DNA of 43,455 bases from a virus (Duplodnaviria; Caudoviricetes). Position numbers and translations under genes: made by a program. The notes under the pieces were generated by a model. The model searched no databases and was not told the origin of the DNA. It worked only from the letters and a program-made list of their open reading frames with translations. Positions 16,179 to 24,876 of this stretch are shown here, piece after piece. Location: IMG/VR virus record IMGVR_UViG_3300037692_000102, positions 1-43,455 of that record. One strand, given 5' to 3'. The number at the start of each line of letters is the position of its first letter. Positions within the stretch are counted from its first letter, which is position 1.

Positions 16179-17915
16179 TTACAAAGCGGCCTTTCGGCCA
16201 CACACGAGCTGATAATCGAAAAGGTACATGACTGCGTTCGAGCCTCCGGAGCCATGATCCACGTAAACGTACGGTTCCAGATCAGAGGTCGACGGAATGT
16301 TGGTTGATGCTGTCACTTCGAAATAATTGCTCACGACACCCCACAAGGATCCGTCACCGACTCTACCCTCTGTGCCAGTTGCTGCATTGTCGTATTGCTT
16401 TACTTTTGCTGTCACACTTGATGCAGATATAAGCAGAGAACAGAAATTTATTCTGTCAGCCGCCGTCGTATTGCCTAGTGATGTGATGGTCGATGTGGCC
16501 GCGGCGCGCGTGATCAAGCGAATGTTGTCATCGCCGTGAGTGCCGAAGTCCTGTTCTAGCAGGATAAAATTATCAGCATCAAAGTATAAGCCGACTCGCC
16601 AAATAATACGTCCATCACCGGCATTGGTGTAGTTCGTGCAATGAACCTTCGGATTCTGGATCGCGCGCACGAAACCATTGCCCGCAAAATCCCAGCGCAG
16701 CGTCTCGCCCGGAGCACAGGTGAAATTCATGTACGGCATCCACTGCCGATTGTTCGCAGCCGCGCCAAAGATGTCAGCGCCGAATGCGGTTACCGGCGCT
16801 CCCGCAACTTGCGTTTCCGTCCAGTAAGGCCCGCGACCACCCAGTGGGAACCAGCGGAATTCGAGCTTTCCCGGCCCGTATAGCTCATGCCGCGCGTCAT
16901 CAGAGGTATTGACGCTGGTCTTGTCGTAGTACTCCGAGCCGCGCGAACCACTGCGATTGTCTATGCCGGTGTCCGTGATGTCGGTCCCGTACTGTGTCGT
17001 CTGCCGCAGTTCGCGGAAATCATTCCCCTGGCCGGATACCGACAGCGCAACCTGATCCCAACAGATGCCAGACCAGCGATTGCTGGAGCCGGCGACGACA
17101 ATCGTGCTTCCCGTGTTGGCCTCGATGGCGATGTTGCTGAATCCGTTTCCGTTTGATTGTTCGTCGAGATCAAACGGATACTGGACATCCATGAATGACC
17201 CGCCATGGATCGTATTTCCATTGCAGTATTCCAGCACCTCATCGCCGCCGTGCATGTACACACCGCGAGCACCGAAGCGCACGCTGAGCATGCTGGCCTG
17301 CATATATTGCATGTAGAACTCGTCGCAGTCGTACTCGACACCGGTACCGAATCCATACGCGTCGAGACGAATATATAGACCATCGAACCACGGACGAAAC
17401 CTGTCGCCCTGCGTATTACTCGTCGGAACCAGCTTCACCGCTGAGCTAGAATAGTTGGTCACGCCTTCGCAATTGATGACGCAGTTTTTGACCTGCCCGC
17501 CTGGAGCAATGCTGAACACAGGAACGTCTGCCAATGCGCCGATCTGGTTCCATTGGAAATCCAAGATGACGCCATTGGGAACACTGATCGTGCTCGCTGT
17601 CGCGGTACCGCGCGCGATGATGATGGTTCCGCCATTTGCCGATGTCGCAGATATGCGCGAAGCGATGGCGTCATGATCATCCGTTCCGGTGCTGCCGTTC
17701 CAATCCAATTCCGCACCGTCGCGGCGAACATCGTTGTCGGGATATCCATAGTCCACCGGTATGATGCTGGCATTGCGTTCTGCGTCAGTGCGCGGAAACA
17801 ATTCACTGCCGATACCTTGCTGTTCTGTGAACGGCGCGATCCGATATAGCTCGCGATCCACGTAGGAGGGAAGTTCGCTAACTGCAAAAGGAGATGGCGT
17901 GGGCTTGTATGGCAT
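16179..17915 (-). CDS. Tailspike / receptor-binding protein with beta-helix
   Basis: Virion-anchoring N-terminus (YVDRELYRIA), DVRRDGA...GTDDHDAI pectate-lyase-like start, Asn-ladder repeats, beta-rich C-terminus. Confidence 0.75.
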   Translation of the reverse strand: MPYKPTPSPFAVSELPSYVDRELYRIAPFTEQQGIGSELFPRTDAERNASIIPVDYGYPDNDVRRDGAELDWNGSTGTDDHDAIASRISATSANGGTIIIARGTATASTISVPNGVILDFQWNQIGALADVPVFSIAPGGQVKNCVINCEGVTNYSSSAVKLVPTSNTQGDRFRPWFDGLYIRLDAYGFGTGVEYDCDEFYMQYMQASMLSVRFGARGVYMHGGDEVLEYCNGNTIHGGSFMDVQYPFDLDEQSNGNGFSNIAIEANTGSTIVVAGSSNRWSGICWDQVALSVSGQGNDFRELRQTTQYGTDITDTGIDNRSGSRGSEYYDKTSVNTSDDARHELYGPGKLEFRWFPLGGRGPYWTETQVAGAPVTAFGADIFGAAANNRQWMPYMNFTCAPGETLRWDFAGNGFVRAIQNPKVHCTNYTNAGDGRIIWRVGLYFDADNFILLEQDFGTHGDDNIRLITRAAATSTITSLGNTTAADRINFCSLLISASSVTAKVKQYDNAATGTEGRVGDGSLWGVVSNYFEVTASTNIPSTSDLEPYVYVDHGSGGSNAVMYLFDYQLVCGRKAAL

Positions 17916-19451
17916 TTATCTCATGCCATCAGGATCGAATTCCACATCGAAGCCTGCAAGTCTCCAGGTGTTCGTAACGACGGTCTCGAACTTCAGCGAC
18001 AGCCAGCGCGCCGAGACGCGGCAATCTATCTTGTAGTCGCTTCCAATCGTGAATGAAAAAGGACCGCTGTATGTCACGGCGCCATCGATCACCGTGCGCG
18101 CGCCGACATAGACGCGAAACGTATCTCCCGACGTACCGATGATCTTCGGGAAGACTCTGCGGATGCGCTTGATCGAGCCGACATCGCGTGTCAGCCCGAT
18201 GTTAGCGCGCTCGACGTAGGCCGTCATCGTGGTGCCGTTGAATGTCTCGCCGGTATCGGCCTGCAATGCCTGCTTCGCCGTTCCGCGCCAGAGGACCAGG
18301 CGCTTGCTGAAGGGCGTGAAGGTCGCCTCATCGAAAGTGCCTTCCTGATCGTCGAAGGTTCCTACGATGCCATCGAACGTCAATTCCGATCCGATGACGA
18401 TACCCTCATGTCCAGAGGCAACGCCGAATCCCAACTCACGCACATGAAACGTGTTGTCGGCCCAGGACCATACCAGCGCGAGATTCGGGAAGTCGTTGCC
18501 GGTCTCAGGGAAGCAGATCCACATCTCGCGCTCACGATGATTCGGCACGACGAAAGAGCGCTGAAACCGTGTGGGACTGATGTTGTTGAACAGCCAGCGG
18601 CGGATCTTCTTGTCGGCGACTGACGTTGCGATGGAGCCGTCGTGCACGATGATGTCCGCATCCGTCAACACAAAGTGCGTCGCGCCGAACGCCTGCACGC
18701 AGTCCTCGGTGAGTAGGCCGGCTTCATTGAACAGCTGGCGGAAGCTGAAGACATCCAGCCCGCCTACCGGCTGCATCAGGTACGTCGAGAAGCCCTTGTA
18801 GATGATGTTGTTGCCGCGCATTGGCAGGCAATCGACGATCTCATCCTCGGTCTCGCCCAGTTCCGTGATGCCAGCTTGATTCGTCGGGTCCGTGTAATCC
18901 CATGACGTTGGGAGCGCGCCGAATGCAGCGGCATCCGACCAGCGCAACAGGCGCGGATTGTAGACGCTGCTCTGCGTAACGCGCAGCGCGATCAAGAAAT
19001 CACCGAAGGGCCGAATGACGCGGCAGAACGTCGAAGCCGGCCAGTTATCCAGATCGCGAACTTTGTTCGATAACCCAGGCGACCAGCGCTGCGGCACCGC
19101 GTTCGTATCGTTGAGAATTAGGTACCCATGGAACTGCCCGCCGGTGTAGCCGATGTTGATCGGGCAGTTGTACGACGCCGTGCTGATCTGCGAATGTGTG
19201 GTGCCATCGGTCGCGTACAGGATTGCTTCGTTGCCGTAAGCCCAATAGCTCGTGACGCCATCGCCGATGGGCAGTGCCCAGATTGCAGTGGATGAGAGCG
19301 AGCCGAAGACAGCCTCATTGCCCTTGGTTTTTTCCGCGGAGTCATCGCGAAAACGAACGTTGCGGCCGTCAGAGAACAAACCATCCGGCAGGTTGTAATT
19401 CACCTGATCAGGGACGATCCCACCGGAGAGCTTGTCGATGACAGCTTTCAT
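17916..19451 (-). CDS. Tail nozzle / DNA stabilisation protein (P22 gp10-like beta-propeller)
   Basis: DGRNVRFRD, LLRWSDAA, EMWICFP, ALVWSW and KIDCRVSARWLSLKF. Confidence 0.8.
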   Translation of the reverse strand: MKAVIDKLSGGIVPDQVNYNLPDGLFSDGRNVRFRDDSAEKTKGNEAVFGSLSSTAIWALPIGDGVTSYWAYGNEAILYATDGTTHSQISTASYNCPINIGYTGGQFHGYLILNDTNAVPQRWSPGLSNKVRDLDNWPASTFCRVIRPFGDFLIALRVTQSSVYNPRLLRWSDAAAFGALPTSWDYTDPTNQAGITELGETEDEIVDCLPMRGNNIIYKGFSTYLMQPVGGLDVFSFRQLFNEAGLLTEDCVQAFGATHFVLTDADIIVHDGSIATSVADKKIRRWLFNNISPTRFQRSFVVPNHREREMWICFPETGNDFPNLALVWSWADNTFHVRELGFGVASGHEGIVIGSELTFDGIVGTFDDQEGTFDEATFTPFSKRLVLWRGTAKQALQADTGETFNGTTMTAYVERANIGLTRDVGSIKRIRRVFPKIIGTSGDTFRVYVGARTVIDGAVTYSGPFSFTIGSDYKIDCRVSARWLSLKFETVVTNTWRLAGFDVEFDPDGMR

Positions 19452-19966
19452 GCAGGTACTGAATTTGCTGCGATACTGTAGTCTGCTGAATCAAGCGTCG
19501 CACTACCCTTGCGCCGAATAGATATTCTCCAGGTACCGCTGCGCTCTGACGGACCGGCAACGCCTTGTAAAATCCATAACACCGCGCCCTCCAATCCGAT
19601 CCAAGTCCCTGTGTCGGAAGATCCGGCAGTTGGACTATTTCCTGCCTGCACATCCAGACGAATTTCGAAAAACTGACCATAGTCGGTGATATCGGCCGCG
19701 AAATTAGACCACTGTGGATCGCGATCCGTGACAGAACTCCCGGTGGGGTAAGTGCCGGTACCAATCGCGGTCTGCAATTGACCTTCGACGGTCAGTCCAA
19801 TGGAAGCCCATGGAACAGTCGGGCTGGCGATGCTCTGGCCGAAACTAACAACAGTCAGATTAGGCGTCATGCCGCCTGGGTTGCCGGCCAATATTGCTTG
19901 CGTGGGCCCGGCTGATCCCTGCGCGCATAAGCATGCGGCAATTAGCACTGCGAGAATTTTCCTCAT
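19448..19966 (-). CDS. Tail-associated protein with N-terminal signal peptide
   Basis: MRKILAVLIAACLCAQGSA followed by a beta-rich domain; ATGA-coupled between fibre and nozzle genes. Confidence 0.65.
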   Translation of the reverse strand: MRKILAVLIAACLCAQGSAGPTQAILAGNPGGMTPNLTVVSFGQSIASPTVPWASIGLTVEGQLQTAIGTGTYPTGSSVTDRDPQWSNFAADITDYGQFFEIRLDVQAGNSPTAGSSDTGTWIGLEGAVLWILQGVAGPSERSGTWRISIRRKGSATLDSADYSIAANSVPA

Positions 19967-21219
19967 GCCGCGCGCTCCACATCCAAGAATCCAGTTACGT
20001 CTATCAGCTCCGGCTCGATCATCCACGTAAGCCCAGTGCCCGTGATGATCCACGCTGTTGTCGTTACTTTTATAGCTGTGGCCACGCCATTCTGCGCCAG
20101 CGTGCGCGTGCCTGTCGTCGTCGTGCCGCCGAGCGTCATTGTGTCGGTAGTGATTGCAATCGATACGCTGTCGCTCGCCGAATTGATGAAAGTAATAGCC
20201 GTTCCCACCGCGTAGGCAACTGAAGAATTCGCAGGAATTGTGTACGTATCGCCTGCGCCATCGGCGGCAGCGTGATAGATATGCTTGCCGGCATCGGCCA
20301 GCACCAGTGGGTAATTTCCGGTCTGAGCGTTCTGCGGAATGCCGCGGAATCCTATCTCGATGCCTCCGTACTGAACTGATGTTGCCGTGAGGTTGATGCT
20401 ATCTACGGTTGGGCCTGTACGATTGATGGCAATGGCATTGTTTCCAGTGCCATCCGCATCGGTCCGGCTGAACAAAGTCAGTTGCCCACCCAGAGACTGC
20501 CAACGCCAAATTCGTTCATCGGATGTGGCGTCTGTTTCGTCAAATGTTATTACAGGCGCTGTGCTTTCGAATTCCGGCTGTGCGCCACTACCAGTGAAAA
20601 CATTCGCCGCGGCCAACTGCGCGAACGCCGCTGAGCTTGATCCGTCGAGCAGATCTGCGTCCAGTCCACTCCCGCTACCGTCATTCGCAGTCGTGAAAAG
20701 CGTATTGGCATTCCACGTGATCGCGGTCGAGGCCAGCGCAACGGAGCTTACCGTCGGGCCGGTACGATCCACTGTGAGCCACGAAGCGCCAGCGGCATCG
20801 GCATCTGTGCGAGTGCGTCCCAGTAGTTGCCCAGCCGAGGCTGCAAAATCATATAAGCGCTCGTCCGCTGCGGCATCGGTCTCATCGAAGATCAACCTCC
20901 ATGCGGCGTTTTCTATTTCCTGGCTCGCCTCCGTAAACACGTTGGCGACGCTGGTAGATGCCGCGGCACTCAATACCTCATCGGTCGCAGTAACGGCGCC
21001 ATTGACGTTCGGGAAGCTCGTCTTTAGCGCCACCTTGATGCAGCGCAGGTGATCGTCCGAAGTACTCGCCAGATCAGAGGATAACGGATTCGTCGATACC
21101 AGATCCGAGATGTACGTGCACGGGGACTCAAGCCCGGCAATCGCTCGCAGCGGCAGGAATGCCACCGCAAACACGATGAATGCCAATGAGCCGGAAACAA
21201 TCGCTGTAATCTTCTTCAT
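19963..21219 (-). CDS. Tail fibre with internal repeat and apparent signal peptide
   Basis: LESxxYISDLVxTNP...DDHLR.IK..LK.SFPN fibre N-domain, GSGLDADLLDG motif, two ANVFT...FDETDA..DER...RTDAD...RTGPTV repeats, and a C-terminal IPQNAQTGNY.LVLADAGK...IPANSSVAYAVGT domain. Confidence 0.8.
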   Translation of the reverse strand: MKKITAIVSGSLAFIVFAVAFLPLRAIAGLESPCTYISDLVSTNPLSSDLASTSDDHLRCIKVALKTSFPNVNGAVTATDEVLSAAASTSVANVFTEASQEIENAAWRLIFDETDAAADERLYDFAASAGQLLGRTRTDADAAGASWLTVDRTGPTVSSVALASTAITWNANTLFTTANDGSGSGLDADLLDGSSSAAFAQLAAANVFTGSGAQPEFESTAPVITFDETDATSDERIWRWQSLGGQLTLFSRTDADGTGNNAIAINRTGPTVDSINLTATSVQYGGIEIGFRGIPQNAQTGNYPLVLADAGKHIYHAAADGAGDTYTIPANSSVAYAVGTAITFINSASDSVSIAITTDTMTLGGTTTTGTRTLAQNGVATAIKVTTTAWIITGTGLTWMIEPELIDVTGFLDVERAA

Positions 21220-21863
21220 AGGAATGCCTCGATCTTGCCACTGCTCTGCTCACGATTGGCGCGGCGCTTCAGCCGGCGCTCAAGCGCGCCCGCCATCTGC
21301 ATGCAGCGCTCGCCGTCTGCTACTGCTTCCGGACCCTTGATGTAGTTGATGAGGATGTCCGCTTGAGCGTGCAGGCGAATCATCTGCTCACCCTCGCGCA
21401 GCCAGGCGTTGGAGAAGCTGTCAGACGCCGAGAGCGAATTACCGCTGCCGTCCGTCAGCACGCCGCCTAAGTCGTACAGGTAAACCATCTGCACCGAATA
21501 GGTCTGGTCGGGGGGCGGGTACAGCCGCATCTGGCGCTGCTGGATCGCGAAGTCGATCGGCTCATCTGAGAGCGACGCATCGCGCGCCTTGTTGTGGATC
21601 CACGGCCAAGGCCGTTCGCGCAAGGGGCGAACCTCGTTCGTCGACAGTTCGAGCGCGACTGCGTCTACTTCGAGCCAGTCGGCCGTGAGCGAGGTGTACT
21701 CGGAAGTGACAGTAAAGGTCGTGCGCCGGGAGTTGAAGCCGAAGCGAATGGCTCGGTAGTAGTGTATTGCGTCGTCGATGGCTTGCCGGATTCGGGAGTC
21801 GTAGGCAGTGCCGCGGTCGAGGTCGGTTCTGATTCTTGAGATGACGGTGGAAAGGCCGGACAT
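21216..21863 (-). CDS. Head-tail adaptor protein
   Basis: SRIRTDLDRG...IRQAIDDAIHYY...RLYPPPDQTY...SNAWLREGEQMIR. Confidence 0.8.
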   Translation of the reverse strand: MSGLSTVISRIRTDLDRGTAYDSRIRQAIDDAIHYYRAIRFGFNSRRTTFTVTSEYTSLTADWLEVDAVALELSTNEVRPLRERPWPWIHNKARDASLSDEPIDFAIQQRQMRLYPPPDQTYSVQMVYLYDLGGVLTDGSGNSLSASDSFSNAWLREGEQMIRLHAQADILINYIKGPEAVADGERCMQMAGALERRLKRRANREQSSGKIEAFL

Positions 21864-21921
21864 TGGATTCTCTCTCGTTCCTGAGCAGCGGCCTTCTGCG
21901 CAAGAATCTGTCGACGACGCA

Positions 21922-22620
21922 TTATCTAAAACCTTGATGCTTCAAAAACGGCAGAACAGCGGGCTTCTGCTTCCACTTCGCATGCACCGAATCTCCCATG
22001 AGTTCTTCCCAGGTGCAAGTCTTGCCAGCATAGGCTGCGATCTCTGCCCAGTCAGCGGCGAACTCGTCCTTTGCTGTCTCATCGAAGCAGGGCAGACCCA
22101 TCGTGAAATGAGCCAGCTTCGCGTCCCCGCCGGTATTGTAGCCCACGAGGTAATTCCATGGCTTCGGCAGCTCCCCGATGCTCGGCGCCCATTCCAGCGT
22201 CTGCGGCTTGCCGCTCTGGATGTACTCCGGCGTCAGGCGCTTGCAGGCCGCGCAGTTGAACAGCATCACCGAGGGGCGCTCGAACTGCACCGACACCGTC
22301 TCGCCGTTCTTCTGCACCGTCGTGTGTGGGACGATGGAGACCGCCTCTGGCGCGTCCCAGGGCAGTTCAGCGACATCGCCTAGGCATAGCACATCGCCAT
22401 CGACGAATAGCGCATGGCCTTCGTAGTTGCATAGCCAGGGCACGAGGTACCTAGCGTAGGTGAAATCGGTAAGCCCGCGACGAGTCAGCGGCAGCTGCGA
22501 CAGACGCAGCGCGGTGATTGCAACCGGTCTGCTGCTGTTTCGCATGAACGATGTCTGTGCCATGGTGTACGCCACCGGCTGGCGCTCATCCATGCCGATG
22601 AAGACCCTAAGAGGCTGCAT
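21922..22620 (-). CDS. GT-A fold glycosyltransferase (GT8-like)
   Basis: LRVFIGMDERQPVAY...TDFTYARYLVPWLCNYEGHALFVDGD (DxD)...SVMLFN...WNYLVG...AHFTMGLP. Confidence 0.85.
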   Translation of the reverse strand: MQPLRVFIGMDERQPVAYTMAQTSFMRNSSRPVAITALRLSQLPLTRRGLTDFTYARYLVPWLCNYEGHALFVDGDVLCLGDVAELPWDAPEAVSIVPHTTVQKNGETVSVQFERPSVMLFNCAACKRLTPEYIQSGKPQTLEWAPSIGELPKPWNYLVGYNTGGDAKLAHFTMGLPCFDETAKDEFAADWAEIAAYAGKTCTWEELMGDSVHAKWKQKPAVLPFLKHQGFR

Positions 22621-23209
22621 AGCCCATCTCCTGCATGACGGTGTTCAGTTCGGGGTACGCTTCAAACTGCTCGCGGATACGCCGCTCATCAAGCGTGGTG
22701 CGAGGTTGAATTGGACGGCGGCCGTTCATGGCGGTCTCGAATAGTTCGCCGTACGGTTCTCGATGAAAGTCCTCGAACCAGTGATCCGGTTTGTACGTCA
22801 GTCCGAAACGCGCTCCGATATCATGCTGAATATCGCGCGGGCGAGTGATCAAATCTTCGTAGCGCACGAGCAGCGCGCCGCTGAGCTTCTTGATAGCCGT
22901 CCACCATTCGCACAAACCATTTTTTGCGGAACCCAGGTGCGAATGCGCCGAGAGGAAGTAACCGCAATTGCGAAACTTCTCACCATTGTGTTTGCTAGTC
23001 AGCAGCGCGCGCGGATCGCGCAGCATGACAATGCATCGATTGGCGTTACGCGGATGCAGATCGAACACACCAGACGGCGATTTCGTGATGCAGCCCTCTT
23101 TCAGCTGCGGCAGTTCGCGCTCAAGGAATTCATAGCCCTGCACCGCATAGCGCAACATGCAGTACAGCAATGTGGTTCCTGAGCGTGGGAAGCCGGTCAC
23201 GAGGATCAT
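22607..23209 (-). CDS. PAPS-dependent sulfotransferase
   Basis: 5'-PSB ILVTGFPRSGTTLL, 3'-PB MLRDPRALLTS, and LVRYEDL. Confidence 0.85.
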   Translation of the reverse strand: MILVTGFPRSGTTLLYCMLRYAVQGYEFLERELPQLKEGCITKSPSGVFDLHPRNANRCIVMLRDPRALLTSKHNGEKFRNCGYFLSAHSHLGSAKNGLCEWWTAIKKLSGALLVRYEDLITRPRDIQHDIGARFGLTYKPDHWFEDFHREPYGELFETAMNGRRPIQPRTTLDERRIREQFEAYPELNTVMQEMGYAAS

Positions 23210-23604
23210 GCTGCCTCCCGATGGCATGCCATATGGCATGCGCGACAGAGCCAAGTCACGGCAAGCCGCATATCTCGTGCGTACGACGGGTGGTGCGCCT
23301 GTGGATCATGAGCACCGCAGTGCCAACACGCCGCCGGCCGGACCAGCGTGCCGATTTTCAGCGCATGATCCACCGCGGACCTAGCGTTCTTCTGAATCCT
23401 GTTCCTCTGCCTACTCTCTGCCATATAGGCACGCCACTTCTCCGGATTCTGCTTTTTCCATTTCCGTAAATAAGCCGTACGAGTCGCTTGAGTTCGTCGA
23501 GTGCGTTCGAGAACACAGGACTTGCAGTCCGGACGCAGACCTGGTCCATTCTTGTGGAATTCAGATTCGGCCTTCGTTATGCGGCACTTACTACATACGC
23601 GCAT
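23206..23604 (-). CDS. HNH homing-type endonuclease
   Basis: CSKC..TK..SEF...CKSC N-terminal Zn finger; CWHCG...QAHHPSY...VTWLCRACH..H. Confidence 0.85.
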   Translation of the reverse strand: MRVCSKCRITKAESEFHKNGPGLRPDCKSCVLERTRRTQATRTAYLRKWKKQNPEKWRAYMAESRQRNRIQKNARSAVDHALKIGTLVRPAACWHCGAHDPQAHHPSYARDMRLAVTWLCRACHMACHREAA

Positions 23605-24322
23605 AGTAGTGTTCCATCAGTTCCTTTCTTGTGCCCTTGAGATGAATGACGCCTTTCTCTTCTATGTCTTGGCCTTCTACGCATGGTGACCAATTCCACA
23701 CCTCGCACGGCAGTGGCTTCACGCGCAGTGGCGTCCCCTCATCCGCCAATGTCCATCGCACATACGCCATCCATGCGTCCTGTTTTGCCGCGCCTAGCAG
23801 GTCCGCCAGTGCGAGCTGATTGCCGTACCAGTCCTGATTCTTGGGATTCATCTGTAGGACGCGGGCGCGCAGCCAGATGAATGCCTGAATGGTCGCTGGA
23901 TTCGCCACGGCACCGACCACGCCGTAGTTCCAGGGCTGCGCCTGCGCCATCTCCCGGTCGCCGTTCACGTGGTCGCGCCAGGTCGCATATAGGTCGATTC
24001 CAGCCTGCCACGGGAAGGATCGGCGCATCAGGGTATCCGCGTCCAGGAATAGCACCTGCTCGCCCTGTACGGCGTTCAGAATTGCGTCTACCTGCGCGTC
24101 GAGGTTCGCCACCATCGCCGGTCGGCCTGTCGCCAGTTGCCGCAGCTCAATCCCGCTACCATAGGGCGCGAGATTGTCGATCCATGTGGGGCTGGCCTCA
24201 TCGGTATAAACGATGACTTTGCGCTCGACCAGGAACGGGTACAGCTTGCGTACGCTGGCGATAGAGAGCTTCGCTAGGTCTGCGAACTCGGCACCGCGAA
24301 TCCAGTAGACGAACGATGTCAT
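23591..24322 (-). CDS. GT-A fold nucleotide-diphospho-sugar transferase
   Basis: LSIASVRK...IVYTD...VLFLDADT (DxD)...PWNYGVV...WYGNQLAL...LPCEVWN...VIHLKG..K. Confidence 0.8.
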   Translation of the reverse strand: MTSFVYWIRGAEFADLAKLSIASVRKLYPFLVERKVIVYTDEASPTWIDNLAPYGSGIELRQLATGRPAMVANLDAQVDAILNAVQGEQVLFLDADTLMRRSFPWQAGIDLYATWRDHVNGDREMAQAQPWNYGVVGAVANPATIQAFIWLRARVLQMNPKNQDWYGNQLALADLLGAAKQDAWMAYVRWTLADEGTPLRVKPLPCEVWNWSPCVEGQDIEEKGVIHLKGTRKELMEHYYARM

Positions 24323-24876
24323 GCGGTAGCCCTCATCTCGGCAGTTTTCTGCACGAACCATACCGAGTCCGGGCAGACGCCGACCCTCATCAGCGGGAAC
24401 TGATCGGCCACTGCGCGCATCACACCGGGGAACGTGTGTTGGAAATCGTGGCCGCAGATGAACCCGCCATCGCGCACTTTTGGCCACCATAGCGAGATAT
24501 CCGCCATCACGCTGTCGTAGTCGTGGGCGGCGTCGATGAAGACGACATCGGCGACAATATCGTTTAGATCACTGGCTGCTTGTGCGGATGTCTGTCGACG
24601 CATTGAACAACGATCTTTGTTCATACCAACGTTCTCCCAAAACAACCGCTCGATCTCCTTGAAGTCCCAGTCCTCGTAAGTCTCCGTAGCGCTCTGCGGC
24701 TGCGCGGCCCATGGATCGATCGCAACAGCTTGGATGTTCGGGCAGTTCGCGAGGACATGGCCGACAGTGCGACCTTCCTTACAGCCGACTTCGACATACG
24801 TGCGCGCGTTGATGGCCTGGCACAGGCCGGTGACGACATCCCAGCGGCGTAGTGGGCTTTGAAATGCGTGTCCCAT
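24319..24876 (-). CDS. Class I SAM-dependent methyltransferase (Methyltransf_24-like, glycan/small-molecule type)
   Basis: YVEVGCKEG, AIDPW, VFIDAAHDYDSV..DI..WWPKVRDGGFICGHD. Confidence 0.9.
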   Translation of the reverse strand: MGHAFQSPLRRWDVVTGLCQAINARTYVEVGCKEGRTVGHVLANCPNIQAVAIDPWAAQPQSATETYEDWDFKEIERLFWENVGMNKDRCSMRRQTSAQAASDLNDIVADVVFIDAAHDYDSVMADISLWWPKVRDGGFICGHDFQHTFPGVMRAVADQFPLMRVGVCPDSVWFVQKTAEMRATA

